Assembly: GCA_012798235.1 (NCBI GenBank)
Contig: JAAZNP010000022.1
Coordinates: 1-56,202 of the forward strand
DNA length: 56,202 nt
DNA from: Parcubacteria group bacterium
Lineage (GTDB): Bacteria > Patescibacteriota > Minisyncoccia > UBA6257
Direction of reading: 5' to 3'
Positions 15,034 through 24,915 of this stretch are shown here, in pieces. The notes below the pieces were generated by a model that did not search any database, was not told the origin of the DNA, and worked only from the letters and a program-made list of their open reading frames with translations. Position 1 is the stretch's first letter. Every line of letters begins with the position of its first letter. Both the position numbers and the translations under genes were made by a program.

Positions 15034-15034
15034 A

Positions 15035-15637
15035 TTACTCTAAAATTCCATCTAAATTCACATCGTAAAGAATTGATTCTCCTACTAAACGGTAGTTAAT
15101 TAATTCTTCGGGCTTAAACCATAAATTAATTTCTTTTTCAGCGTCAATAATTGATGATGAGGCATGAATTAAATTTCTCACCGAACGACGATCAACATCG
15201 GCAATTTCATAAGAATCAATGGTTAAATCGCCGCGAATAGTTCCGACGTCAGAAGTTAAAGGTTCCGTCGCCCCAGTAATTTTGCGAATAACACCAACCG
15301 CATTCATACCTTGCCAAACCATGGCAATTACCGGTCCCGAGGTTAAATATTTTTTTAATTTTTCTAAAATTAATTCGCCCATTTTTTCGGGTTCTGATGA
15401 AGGCGGTGTTAAACCTTTGGCCAGATAAGCATCAATTGATTTTTGTCCACTTTTTATTTTCCAATCAGGGTCAACTAAATAATGATGCTCGACCAATTCT
15501 TCGGTTGGCAATACTAATTTTAAACCAATTAATTTTAAACCGGTTCGCTCATAACGATGAATAATTTCACCAATCAAACCTCTTTGAATACCATCGGGTT
15601 TAATTAAAACCAGGGTTTTTTCTTTTTTAAAATCCAT
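15035..15637 (-). CDS. ndk: nucleoside diphosphate kinase (long form with insertions)
   Basis: TLVLIKPDGIQRGLIGEII, GATEP...GTIRGD and NLIHASSS (catalytic His region). At 200 aa it is longer than the usual ~140-150. Confidence 0.85.
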   Translation of the reverse strand: MDFKKEKTLVLIKPDGIQRGLIGEIIHRYERTGLKLIGLKLVLPTEELVEHHYLVDPDWKIKSGQKSIDAYLAKGLTPPSSEPEKMGELILEKLKKYLTSGPVIAMVWQGMNAVGVIRKITGATEPLTSDVGTIRGDLTIDSYEIADVDRRSVRNLIHASSSIIDAEKEINLWFKPEELINYRLVGESILYDVNLDGILE

Positions 15638-15657
15638 ATCTAAAAAATTTTTAATTT

Positions 15658-17064
15658 TTAAAATGTTTTCAAATGAAGTTCTTTTAATTGCTTCTCATCA
15701 ATTTCTGAAGGGGCGTTCATCATTAAATCGCGACCATCACCAGTTTTGGGAAAAGCAATAACTTCCCGAATCGAAGGTTCGTTTTCTAAAAGCATTAAAA
15801 TACGGTCGAGGCCTAAAGCAATACCACCATGAGGCGGCACGCCGTAACTAAAGGCTTCGAGTAAATGGCCGAATTTTTGTTTTATGGCCTCTTTACTGTG
15901 ACCCATAATCTCAAAAATTGCTTCTAATAATTCTGGCTCGTGAATTCTTAAGGAACCGCCGCCAATTTCATAGCCATTTAAAACAAAATCATATTGCTGA
16001 GCTAAGGGTTTAGAGGGATCTTGCTTCAAGCGGCTAATTAATTGTGCTATTGTTTCCCCTTCTTCAAACTGCGGCCGTGTAAAGGGATGATGAACAGCAT
16101 CAAAACGTTTTTCTTCTTCTTTCCATTCAAATAAAGGAAAATCAACGATAAAAGCAAAAGCTAATTCTTGCGGGTCATTTTTATTTTTTCTTAGATCGGG
16201 CTTATCAGTGTGATATTTTTCCATTACTTCTTGATAACTTAAACGCGGGAAAGGGAAAACCGAAATTCTTTTATCCGGGTATAATTTTTCAATTAATTGT
16301 TTAAACAGATCCTCGATTAGCGACAAAATATCTTCTTGCTGCGGAAAATCCATTTCCAAATCTAATTGAGTAAATTCTGGCTGACGGTCGCCACGGGTAT
16401 CTTCATCACGAAAACAACGAGCTATTTGAAAATATCTCTCTACCCCCGCTACCATTAATAATTGTTTATACTGTTGCGGGCTTTGTGGCAAAGCATAAAA
16501 TTTACCCGGAGATAAACGAGCAGGTACTACATAATCTCTGGCTCCTTCGGGAGTAGATTTAGTTAAATTCGGAGTTTCGATTTCTATAAAATCTTTATTA
16601 GTCAAATAATCACGAATAAATTTAATAAAATGATGGCGATGAATTAAATTTTTCTTCATGCGGCTGCGTCTTAAATCCAAATAGCGATATTGCAAACGCA
16701 AATCTTCACTAATTTCTTTACCATCAGTAGATAAATCAAAAGGAGGAGTTTGTGCTTCGGCTAAAACTTTTAAAGAAGCAACCTCCAATTCAATGGTGCC
16801 GGTGGCTAATTTGGGATTCTCCATTCCCGCGGGCCGATTCGAAATCTTGCCGGTGACTTCAATTACCCACTCGGAACGTAAACGATTGGCTAATTCATAT
16901 ATCTCTGGTTTATCGGGAGAAAAAACTAATTGTATTAATCCTGTCTTGTCTCGCAAATCAATAAAAATAATTTTCCCATTGTCGCGCCGAGAATCAACCC
17001 AACCTTTTAATGTAATTTCTTGATTAAGGAAAGTTAAAGTATCTTTAATCCAAAGACGAGGCAT
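15658..17064 (-). CDS. aspS: aspartyl-tRNA synthetase, bacterial-type core lacking the GAD insertion domain
   Basis: N-terminal OB fold. Motif 2 FRDEDTRGDRQPEFTQLDLEM. DKPDLR is followed directly by FAFIVDFPLFEW. GGGSLRIH. Motif 3 GIALGLDRILML. Confidence 0.9.
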   Translation of the reverse strand: MPRLWIKDTLTFLNQEITLKGWVDSRRDNGKIIFIDLRDKTGLIQLVFSPDKPEIYELANRLRSEWVIEVTGKISNRPAGMENPKLATGTIELEVASLKVLAEAQTPPFDLSTDGKEISEDLRLQYRYLDLRRSRMKKNLIHRHHFIKFIRDYLTNKDFIEIETPNLTKSTPEGARDYVVPARLSPGKFYALPQSPQQYKQLLMVAGVERYFQIARCFRDEDTRGDRQPEFTQLDLEMDFPQQEDILSLIEDLFKQLIEKLYPDKRISVFPFPRLSYQEVMEKYHTDKPDLRKNKNDPQELAFAFIVDFPLFEWKEEEKRFDAVHHPFTRPQFEEGETIAQLISRLKQDPSKPLAQQYDFVLNGYEIGGGSLRIHEPELLEAIFEIMGHSKEAIKQKFGHLLEAFSYGVPPHGGIALGLDRILMLLENEPSIREVIAFPKTGDGRDLMMNAPSEIDEKQLKELHLKTF

Positions 17065-17129
17065 AGATATAAATAAATTTAAAATTCAAAAGTCAAAATA
17101 GATAGTAATATTGTACTATAAAAATAAGA

Positions 17130-18014
17130 CTAAGGCAAATTAGAGGTGAAATTGTCTGTTTTCATCTTTAAAGCATTATTTTCCAGCAAAAATTGAATAG
17201 TGCCATTAATATCGGTTCTCAAAACCTGAGCACTGATATTTTTTAATCTTGTTAAAATATCAGGGTGAGGTTGACCATAGCTATTCTCCCCCACTTCAAT
17301 AATGCTTATTTGGGGATGAAAAACATTTAAAAAATTTTCAGAAGAAGCAGTATTCGAACCATGATGAGCCACTTTCAAGATTCGAAAAGAAGATGTTAAG
17401 TTCTTTAACCACGGCAGTAATTGTTTTTCTTGGCTGATGCTAATATCGCCAGGAAACAAAAATTGATTATTACCCAAAAATAAAGCAGCCACTAAACAAG
17501 ATTGATTAGGGCTATTATTAAAAAATAACTCGGGAGGCGGATAAACAATAAATAATTTATCTTGCTCATTATTATTAAAATTATTAACCCTGACATTAGC
17601 CATTCCCTTAATAAGAAGAATGTTTCTTTTTTGTAATTCTTGTATTAATTTTTGAAAAGTGGAAGCGGGATAAGTATAATTATTCAACATAACAGCCCTG
17701 ATCTTATATTTATCCAATAAATAAAACAAACCATTAAAATGGTCCTTATTAGGGTGCGAAAGAATAACTAAATCAATTGTTTTATCGTAAAAAGGCAATA
17801 TTTTCCCTAACTCAAATAAAACTTGGGCATTGGGGCCAGTATCAATTAAAATATTACCGGCTAAAGTCTGGATTAATTCTGCATCACCTTGGCCCACATT
17901 TAAAAAACTAACTTGATTTTTAATATGCAACGCCTTAGAAATAATTCCCCAAGTAAAACAATTGGTCAAAATTAAAATTATAAATATTAAAAATAATAGT
18001 TTCTCAGTTTTCAT
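17130..18014 (-). CDS. comEC: ComEC C-terminal metallo-beta-lactamase domain protein (separate ORF)
   Basis: N-terminal TM, FLNVGQGDAELIQ, LSHPNKDHFNG (HxxxDH-type motif), VAHHGS. The start overlaps the upstream ORF by 11 nt. Confidence 0.8.
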   Translation of the reverse strand: MKTEKLLFLIFIILILTNCFTWGIISKALHIKNQVSFLNVGQGDAELIQTLAGNILIDTGPNAQVLFELGKILPFYDKTIDLVILSHPNKDHFNGLFYLLDKYKIRAVMLNNYTYPASTFQKLIQELQKRNILLIKGMANVRVNNFNNNEQDKLFIVYPPPELFFNNSPNQSCLVAALFLGNNQFLFPGDISISQEKQLLPWLKNLTSSFRILKVAHHGSNTASSENFLNVFHPQISIIEVGENSYGQPHPDILTRLKNISAQVLRTDINGTIQFLLENNALKMKTDNFTSNLP

Positions 18015-19047
18015 ATTTTTTATAATGATAGTAAATAAAATACATTAATAAAGAATAATAAATAACAACGCAAAGCCATGAAAATTGAGGAATAAAAATT
18101 TCTACTCGTGGCCAGCGAGATAAAATAACAATCACTTTGAGAACATAAGTTAAAACTAAATTTAAACAAAAACCTAAAAAAAATGAAATAGGGAAAATAA
18201 ATCCCGAAAAAACTACTAAAAAACACAAAATCATAATATAAGGTATTATTGGCACAACCAAAATATTACTTAAAGGCGTTATCCAGGAAAGCATTTGCGT
18301 TTTATATATTATCCAAGGTAAAACAAAAATCAAAGCAGAAAGGCTTAAGAAAAATGATTCTTGCCAAACATTTAAAGCGCGTTTCTTTTTGAATAAAGGG
18401 AAAATATAGATAATGCCCAAAGTCGCCAAAACCGATAATTGAAAACCTAAATCGTTCTTAATAATTTGAGGATTGATCGCTGCCATAATTAAAATAGCGA
18501 AAATTAGGGCATAAGAAGACCGGTATTGACGATGGAACAATTGGCTCAATAAAAGAAGAAAAGCCATAATACTGGCGCGAATGATGGAGCTCGAAAAATC
18601 AGCCATCACAACAAAACCAAAAATAAAACAACAGCTGATAAAAAAATTTAAAAACCCACTAATTAAACAAGCATTTAAAATAGTAGTAATAATTTGGGAA
18701 ACAATGGTTAAATGCAACCCAGAAACAGCTACTAAATGGGATAAGCCAACCCGACGAATTTTGTCTTTTAAATCTCGAGGCAAATTGTCTTTGCCACCAA
18801 ACAACAAACTTTTGATTAAACTTAATTGCGGCTCGGGTAAAACACGGCCTAAAGCAAAATTTATTTTTTGCTTTAACCAAAGGAAAAAATTAATAAAATA
18901 TTTTGGAAAAAATGAAGCGTATAGTTGATTATTAGAAACAATGATCTTAGAAGAAGTATAATGCAACCTCATGATAATTACGAGCAACAAAAAAACCACC
19001 CCACCAAAGCGGAGGATTTTTAAGATGCGTATTTTATCTAAGCCCAC
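18004..19047 (-). CDS. comEC: ComEC competence (membrane channel) domain protein
   Basis: RRVGLSHLVAVSGLHLTIV and multiple TM helices. The track start is a GTG at 19047 that overlaps the nrdG end. The start is uncertain. Confidence 0.8.
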   Translation of the reverse strand: MGLDKIRILKILRFGGVVFLLLVIIMRLHYTSSKIIVSNNQLYASFFPKYFINFFLWLKQKINFALGRVLPEPQLSLIKSLLFGGKDNLPRDLKDKIRRVGLSHLVAVSGLHLTIVSQIITTILNACLISGFLNFFISCCFIFGFVVMADFSSSIIRASIMAFLLLLSQLFHRQYRSSYALIFAILIMAAINPQIIKNDLGFQLSVLATLGIIYIFPLFKKKRALNVWQESFFLSLSALIFVLPWIIYKTQMLSWITPLSNILVVPIIPYIMILCFLVVFSGFIFPISFFLGFCLNLVLTYVLKVIVILSRWPRVEIFIPQFSWLCVVIYYSLLMYFIYYHYKKYEN

Positions 19048-19729
19048 ACTCTTTAAAGAATGGTTTTATTTGAGTAATAATTTGTTTTAATTTTTCTTCT
19101 GGAAGACCGGAAAGAGTGGCAAATCTTGGATCCAAAGTTTTAATTCCTTTAAAAGTTTGGAGAAAATAAGCCCGAGCTGGTTTGATCAAATCCACGATTG
19201 ACCAAATATCTTCTTCGGTAACAATTTCCGGAGCTACAGTCGTGCGAAATTCATAATCAAAGCCACTATTTTTAATTAAAGAGATGGATTCTTGAATATT
19301 TTCTTTAGGTACTTGATTCAAAGTAACTAAATGATACTTCTCTAAGGAAGTTTTGATATCCATAGCTAAATAATCCACTAACTTCTTTTCTATGATTTCT
19401 TTCAAAACTTTTGGCTGAGAACCATTACTGTCCAGTTTAATAAAATAGTCTAAAGACTTCACTTTTTCCAAAAATGAAATTAAATCAGAGTGTAAAGTTG
19501 GTTCGCCGCCAGTAATACATAATCCTTCTAATAAACCTTTTCTTTTGGTTAAAAAATTTATCACCTCTTCTTCGGAAATTTGAGGGTGTTTTTGAATAAG
19601 TTCCGGTAAAACTAATTCTGGATTATGACAATAAGGACAATAAAAGTTACAACCTACAGTAAAAACAGTCGCCGCCACTTTGCCGGGATAATCTACTAAG
19701 GTTGTTTTTTGCAGACCACCAAAAATCAT
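19034..19729 (-). CDS. nrdG: anaerobic ribonucleoside-triphosphate reductase activating protein
   Basis: Start trimmed to MIFGGLQKTTLVDYPGKVA, 1 nt after the nrdD stop. Radical-SAM motif CNFYCPYCHN. GGEPTL. Confidence 0.85.
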   Translation of the reverse strand: MIFGGLQKTTLVDYPGKVAATVFTVGCNFYCPYCHNPELVLPELIQKHPQISEEEVINFLTKRKGLLEGLCITGGEPTLHSDLISFLEKVKSLDYFIKLDSNGSQPKVLKEIIEKKLVDYLAMDIKTSLEKYHLVTLNQVPKENIQESISLIKNSGFDYEFRTTVAPEIVTEEDIWSIVDLIKPARAYFLQTFKGIKTLDPRFATLSGLPEEKLKQIITQIKPFFKECGLR

Positions 19730-19730
19730 T

Positions 19731-21836
19731 TTAAACTTTAAAAGTTTTTCTTTGGCGGAATTCCTCTTGCTTACCAAAATGCCATTGTTGCACTGGACGG
19801 AGATAACCAACAACTCGTGAATAAACTTCACATGGTTGTTCAATGGTACATTTGGGGCAAGTGAAATGTTCCCCCGAAATATAACCATGAACAGGGCAGA
19901 TAGAAAAAGTTGGTGTTAAAGTAAAGTAAGGCAATCTGAATTTTTCAAAAACTATTTTAATTAAATTCTTTACAGACTTTTGGTCAGAAATTGCCTCACC
20001 TAAAAAAGCATGGAAAACAGTGCCACCAGTATATTTTATTTGAAGCGGATCTTGTAATTTCAAAGCCTCAAATATATCGTCAGTATAATTAACTGGTAAT
20101 TGCGTGGAATTAGTATAATATGGTTCTTTTTCACCAGCAGTAATAATATCGGGATATTTCTTTTTGTCCTTGAGTGCTAAACGGTAAGATGTGCCTTCTG
20201 CCGGAGTAGCTTCTAAATTATATAAATTACCTGTTTCTTCTTGATAAACTACCATTTTTTCTCTCATAAAATCTAATACTTCTTGGGTAAAATCTAATCC
20301 TTTTTTATCGGCAATACTAACTCCTAAAAAATTAAGCAAAGCTTCATTCATTCCAATTAAACCAATAGTAGAAAAATGATTACCCCAATAGGCGCCGCGC
20401 ATTTTTTTGACAGCCTGAAGATAATATTTCGAATAAGGATACAACCCTTTTTCGGTCCAATCCTCTAAAACCTTTCTTTTTATTTCTAAACTAGTTTTAG
20501 CCAAATCCATTAAACGTGTTAAATTTTCAAAAAATTCTTTTTTTGTTTTGGAAATATAACCAATGCGAGGCAAATTAATAGTAACAACTCCAATGGAGCC
20601 AGTTAAAGGATTAGCACCAAATAACCCTCCACCTCTTTTATATAATTCACGATTGTCTAAACGCAAACGACAACACATCGAGCGTGCATCTTCGGGGTTC
20701 ATGTCGGAATTAATGAAATTGGAAAAATAAGGAATGCCATATTTGGCGGTCATTTTCCAAATACTATCTAAAGCCGGGTTATCCCAATCAAAATCTTTGG
20801 TGATATTAATGGTTGGAATAGGAAAAGTAAACACGCGACCAGTAGCATCACCTTCTGTATAAACCTCAGTTAACGCTTGATTAAAAACATCTATTTCTCT
20901 TTGGAAATCAGTATAAGTTTCTTTTTGGGGAGAACCTCCAATAATAACAGGATTATTTCTCAAATACTGAGGCACTTTTAAATCTAAAGTGATATTAGTA
21001 AAGGGTGTTTGGAAGCCAACTCGTGTTGGTACATTCATGTTAAATAAAAATTCTTGCAATGCCTGCTTTACTTCTAAATAATTTAAATTATCATAACGAA
21101 TAAAAGGCGCTAATAAAGTATCAAAATTAGATAAAGCTTGAGCGCCAGCGGATTCGCCTTGCAAAGTATAGAAAAAATTAACTATTTGACCTAAGGCAGC
21201 ACGAAAATGTTTCGGCGGCTTAGATTGAATTTTGCCAAAGACACCACCGAATCCCCTCATTAATAAATCTTCCAGATCCCAACCCATGCAATAAGCACCA
21301 ATAGTATCTAAATTATGAAGATGGAAATCACCTTCTTCGTTAGCTCGTCTCACTTCAGGAGGATAAATACGATTTAGCCAATATTTCTTTGCCACATAAG
21401 AAGCAATATAATGATTTAATCCCTGCAAAGAAAAAGCCATATTGCTATTTTCTTTAATCTGCCAATCTTGACCATTTAAATAATCATCTACTAAACTAAC
21501 GCCTTCCTCAGTAGCAATTTGGGCCTCGCGCATTTGACGCCTCTGTTCCCGATAAAGAATATAGGCTTTCGCGGTTTCAGTAAGATTTTCTAAAATTAAA
21601 ACCTCTTCAATAATATCTTGAATTTGTTCAACATTAACGGCCTCGCCTTTTTTGAAACGGCGATTCAATAAAGTAATAGTTTTTTTAGTAATTTCTTGGG
21701 AAACTTTTTTACCCCCTTCTCCAGTAGCTGTTAAAGCTTTGTAAATAGCTTCTTCGATTTTCTTTTTATCAAAAGGCACTATTTTACCATCTCTTTTAAC
21801 AACTTCAACAATATGATTAACTATTTTTTTAACCAT
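19731..21836 (-). CDS. nrdD: anaerobic (class III) ribonucleoside-triphosphate reductase
   Basis: N-terminal ATP-cone (VVKRDGKIVPFDKKKIEEAI). CCRLRLD. C-terminal CPVHGY...CPKC zinc site and glycyl-radical motif SRVVGYLRP. Confidence 0.95.
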   Translation of the reverse strand: MVKKIVNHIVEVVKRDGKIVPFDKKKIEEAIYKALTATGEGGKKVSQEITKKTITLLNRRFKKGEAVNVEQIQDIIEEVLILENLTETAKAYILYREQRRQMREAQIATEEGVSLVDDYLNGQDWQIKENSNMAFSLQGLNHYIASYVAKKYWLNRIYPPEVRRANEEGDFHLHNLDTIGAYCMGWDLEDLLMRGFGGVFGKIQSKPPKHFRAALGQIVNFFYTLQGESAGAQALSNFDTLLAPFIRYDNLNYLEVKQALQEFLFNMNVPTRVGFQTPFTNITLDLKVPQYLRNNPVIIGGSPQKETYTDFQREIDVFNQALTEVYTEGDATGRVFTFPIPTINITKDFDWDNPALDSIWKMTAKYGIPYFSNFINSDMNPEDARSMCCRLRLDNRELYKRGGGLFGANPLTGSIGVVTINLPRIGYISKTKKEFFENLTRLMDLAKTSLEIKRKVLEDWTEKGLYPYSKYYLQAVKKMRGAYWGNHFSTIGLIGMNEALLNFLGVSIADKKGLDFTQEVLDFMREKMVVYQEETGNLYNLEATPAEGTSYRLALKDKKKYPDIITAGEKEPYYTNSTQLPVNYTDDIFEALKLQDPLQIKYTGGTVFHAFLGEAISDQKSVKNLIKIVFEKFRLPYFTLTPTFSICPVHGYISGEHFTCPKCTIEQPCEVYSRVVGYLRPVQQWHFGKQEEFRQRKTFKV

Positions 21837-21865
21837 GATAATATTTTTAAAGATTAAAAATTAAT

Positions 21866-23032
21866 TTATTTTTTCTTTTTTCTCAAGAAAGTCGGAATCT
21901 CTAATTCTTTGTTCTCTTCAATTATTTTTTTAACATTTTCATCCTCTGATGACTCATTTTCGTCAGCAATAGGAATTTTGACTCCCAACGGTAAAGGATA
22001 ACCTACTTCTTTTATTTCTGTTTCAAAGCCGCCAGCAATAACAGTGACTTTAATTTCTCCTTTATTTAATTCCTTATCAAAACTAGTGCCAAAAATGACC
22101 TGGGAACTTTTACTAATAGATTCGGTGATCACGCGAGCAGCGTTATTAATTTCTACTAAAGACATATCTTTTCCTCCGCTGACATTAAATAAAACTTTCG
22201 TAGCGCCTTCAATAGAAATATCTAATAAAGGCGAGGAAACAGCTCTTTGGGCAGCTATTTTTGCCCGATCAGCGCCTTTAGCTTTACCTAATCCCAAAAG
22301 ACTGGAGCCAGCATTAGACATAATGGTCCTGATATTAGCAAAATCTAAATTAATAAGACCAGGGAAAGTAATGAGGTCAGAAATTCCTTTAACTCCTTCA
22401 CGTAAAACTTCATCAATGCGATAAAAAGCTTCTAAAATTGGTGTTTTTTCATCAATAATATTAAACACGCGGTCATTAGGAATCGTCACAATCGCATCGA
22501 CCTCAGCAAAAAGTTTTTGCCAAGCCTCATCAGCAATTTCTAATCTTTTTTCTCCTTCAAAAGAAAAAGGTTTAGTGACCACAGCAATAGTTAAAGCACC
22601 AGCTTGTCGTGCTAAATTGGCAATCACGGGGCTGGCGCCAGAACCAGTGCCCCCTCCTAAACCAGCAGCAATAAAAATCAAATCAGTATTTTGAACCACT
22701 TTAGCAATCTCATCCACAGCTTCTTCGGCTGCTTCTCTCCCCCTTAAAGGATCCATACCCGCACCCAAGCCGCGACAAGAATTTTTTCCAATCTGAATTT
22801 TAATATCAGCTTTGGAATGTTTTAATCCCTGCCAATCAGTATTAATCGAAACCAATTCAATTCCTTCAATTCTTTTATCAAATAGTCTGGAAACAACATT
22901 ACCTCCGGCGCCACCAACGCCAATAACTTTCAAACGAATTTTTTGAGCTGCATGAGGAGAAGATACCTCTGGTTTAATTTTTATGATTTGGGGATGATGT
23001 TTTTTGCGACGAGTATTTTTTTTATGAGGCAT
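21866..23032 (-). CDS. ftsZ: cell division protein FtsZ (basic ~30-aa N-terminal extension)
   Basis: GVGGAGGNVV and the tubulin signature GLGGGTGSGASPVIA. Confidence 0.95.
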   Translation of the reverse strand: MPHKKNTRRKKHHPQIIKIKPEVSSPHAAQKIRLKVIGVGGAGGNVVSRLFDKRIEGIELVSINTDWQGLKHSKADIKIQIGKNSCRGLGAGMDPLRGREAAEEAVDEIAKVVQNTDLIFIAAGLGGGTGSGASPVIANLARQAGALTIAVVTKPFSFEGEKRLEIADEAWQKLFAEVDAIVTIPNDRVFNIIDEKTPILEAFYRIDEVLREGVKGISDLITFPGLINLDFANIRTIMSNAGSSLLGLGKAKGADRAKIAAQRAVSSPLLDISIEGATKVLFNVSGGKDMSLVEINNAARVITESISKSSQVIFGTSFDKELNKGEIKVTVIAGGFETEIKEVGYPLPLGVKIPIADENESSEDENVKKIIEENKELEIPTFLRKKKK

Positions 23033-23043
23033 AAAATTTTAAA

Positions 23044-24270
23044 TTAAAGTGAAAAATGGCGTTCCATAAAATTAGCCAACTTATTAAAAACACTTTCTCC
23101 TCTTAAATTAGTGTTTTCTAATTTTTCCTTAAAAGTAACGTCAATTAATCCCAAGACAGGAATAAAAGAAGGATCGTGCACTTCTTTATACCAGTCAATT
23201 TCCGGTTTGGCTATGCGAACAGGTAATTTAAATTTTTCTTTAGCCAATTCGGTAATAAAAGGCATTTGTGCCCCACCGCCAAATAAAACAATACCGCCCG
23301 GCAATTTGCCAAAACGATTTAATTCCTTAAGGCGGCTACCAACCATTTCAAAAATTTCACTTAAGCGAGCTTCTATAATTTCAGCAACGAAACGTTTGCT
23401 AATTTTATTGTCTTCTAAAGGCTCTTCAAAATATTGGTTTAGGTCAATTTGGGCTCCCTTAGGAACTTTTTTAGGTAAAGCAAAACCTTCGCTTATTTTA
23501 ATCTTCTCGGCAATATCAATCGAGGTAGTTAAACCAACAGCAATATCATTAGTAATATTATTCCCTCCAACACCGAAAACTTTTAAATCGATCAATTCAT
23601 TGTCTTCGTAAACACAAAGGCTAGTAGTGCCCGCACCCAGGTCTAAAGCAGCAGCTCCTAATTCTTTATCCTGGCGGCTTAAAGCTATTTCTGCTGCAGC
23701 ATAGGGCAAAATTACACGGCGGAAATTCAAACCCAATGACTCGCCTAAACGATTAATATTTCTAATAATAGGGCTAAAAGCATTAATTAATAAACATTCC
23801 ACTTCTAATCTTAAACCCTTTAAACCAATAGGATCTTTTACTTTAGTGATGCCATCAATAGTATAATTCTGCACAACTGTTTGGGCTAAAAATAAATTAG
23901 CCGGCAAAACACAAGCTTGCGCTGCTTTCAGCGCCCGGTCTTTATCATCTTCGGATATTTCTCCGTCAGCCCGACTAATAACTGAAACTCCTTTAGAAAT
24001 TCTGGTTTCTAAATGAGGTCCGTTAATACCAACAGTAGCTTGTTTAAAAATAAAATTTTTATTGGCGCCCTCCATTTCGTTAATCAAATTATCCAAATCC
24101 GCTATAACTAATTCTAAATTATCAATCATCCCTTGTTTAATCCCTTGTGATTTGCGCATTGCTGGAAAAACAATTTGCCAAGTATCAGGACCGGTAATTT
24201 GAGCTACCAAAACCTTTATCTTAGAACTTCCTAAATCTAATGCTAATATATAAGAGGACATGTTAAACAA
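23044..24270 (-). CDS. ftsA: cell division protein FtsA
   Basis: Actin-like ATPase motifs ALDLGSSKIKVLVA, LDLGAGTTSL and FGGGAQMP. Lies directly upstream of ftsZ. Confidence 0.9.
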   Translation of the reverse strand: MFNMSSYILALDLGSSKIKVLVAQITGPDTWQIVFPAMRKSQGIKQGMIDNLELVIADLDNLINEMEGANKNFIFKQATVGINGPHLETRISKGVSVISRADGEISEDDKDRALKAAQACVLPANLFLAQTVVQNYTIDGITKVKDPIGLKGLRLEVECLLINAFSPIIRNINRLGESLGLNFRRVILPYAAAEIALSRQDKELGAAALDLGAGTTSLCVYEDNELIDLKVFGVGGNNITNDIAVGLTTSIDIAEKIKISEGFALPKKVPKGAQIDLNQYFEEPLEDNKISKRFVAEIIEARLSEIFEMVGSRLKELNRFGKLPGGIVLFGGGAQMPFITELAKEKFKLPVRIAKPEIDWYKEVHDPSFIPVLGLIDVTFKEKLENTNLRGESVFNKLANFMERHFSL

Positions 24271-24280
24271 ATTTTTAATT

Positions 24281-24682
24281 TTAAACTAAAGATTGTAAAA
24301 TTTTTGATTCGAGAAGTTCCATTTTCTTAGCATCTTTAAGCTTATCATGCGTATAGCCAAATAAATGCAAAACACCGTGAACTAATAATAATTTATAGAA
24401 GGCCTCAAGTGATATTTTTCTTTTCTTAGCCTGTTTAATAATTACTGATGGGCAAAGAAAAATGTCCCCCTCCTTAAATGTCAAAATAGTTGTCGACTTA
24501 TTTTTGTGGCGCCAATAATAATTAAGTGCCTTCATTTCTTTTTCAGGCAAGATAATTAAAGAAATGGCTGGATACTTTTTTTTAAAAATGCTAAAAATTC
24601 GTTGTATTGTTTCCTTGAAAAACTTGACGGGCATTTTCTGAGAAGACAAATTATAAATTAAAATTTCAGGATATTTAGTCAT
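24281..24682 (-). CDS. ybeY: rRNA maturation endoribonuclease YbeY
   Basis: HGVLHLFGYTHD zinc-binding motif. Confidence 0.9.
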   Translation of the reverse strand: MTKYPEILIYNLSSQKMPVKFFKETIQRIFSIFKKKYPAISLIILPEKEMKALNYYWRHKNKSTTILTFKEGDIFLCPSVIIKQAKKRKISLEAFYKLLLVHGVLHLFGYTHDKLKDAKKMELLESKILQSLV

Positions 24683-24684
24683 GC

Positions 24685-24900
24685 CTAAATAAGCCCTTTT
24701 CTTTTTTTCTCTTCAATTTCTTGTTTTACCCTAAGACGATGGAGGGCTGATAATTTAATGCTTCGCTTATTAGGTTTAGGAAGTTTAAATTTTTTACGGC
24801 GAGCTTCCAGCAAAACTCCGCTTCGATTAATGATTTTGGAAGCCCGGTTTAAAAAAGTAGTAATATTTTCTCCCTTTCTTCTTTTAATTGTTATCGCCAT
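24685..24900 (-). CDS. rpsU: 30S ribosomal protein S21
   Basis: 71 aa and basic. SGVLLEARRKKF aligns with the S21 GVLAEVRRREF region. Confidence 0.75.
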   Translation of the reverse strand: MAITIKRRKGENITTFLNRASKIINRSGVLLEARRKKFKLPKPNKRSIKLSALHRLRVKQEIEEKKRKGLI

Positions 24901-24915
24901 AAAAATAAATGAGTT

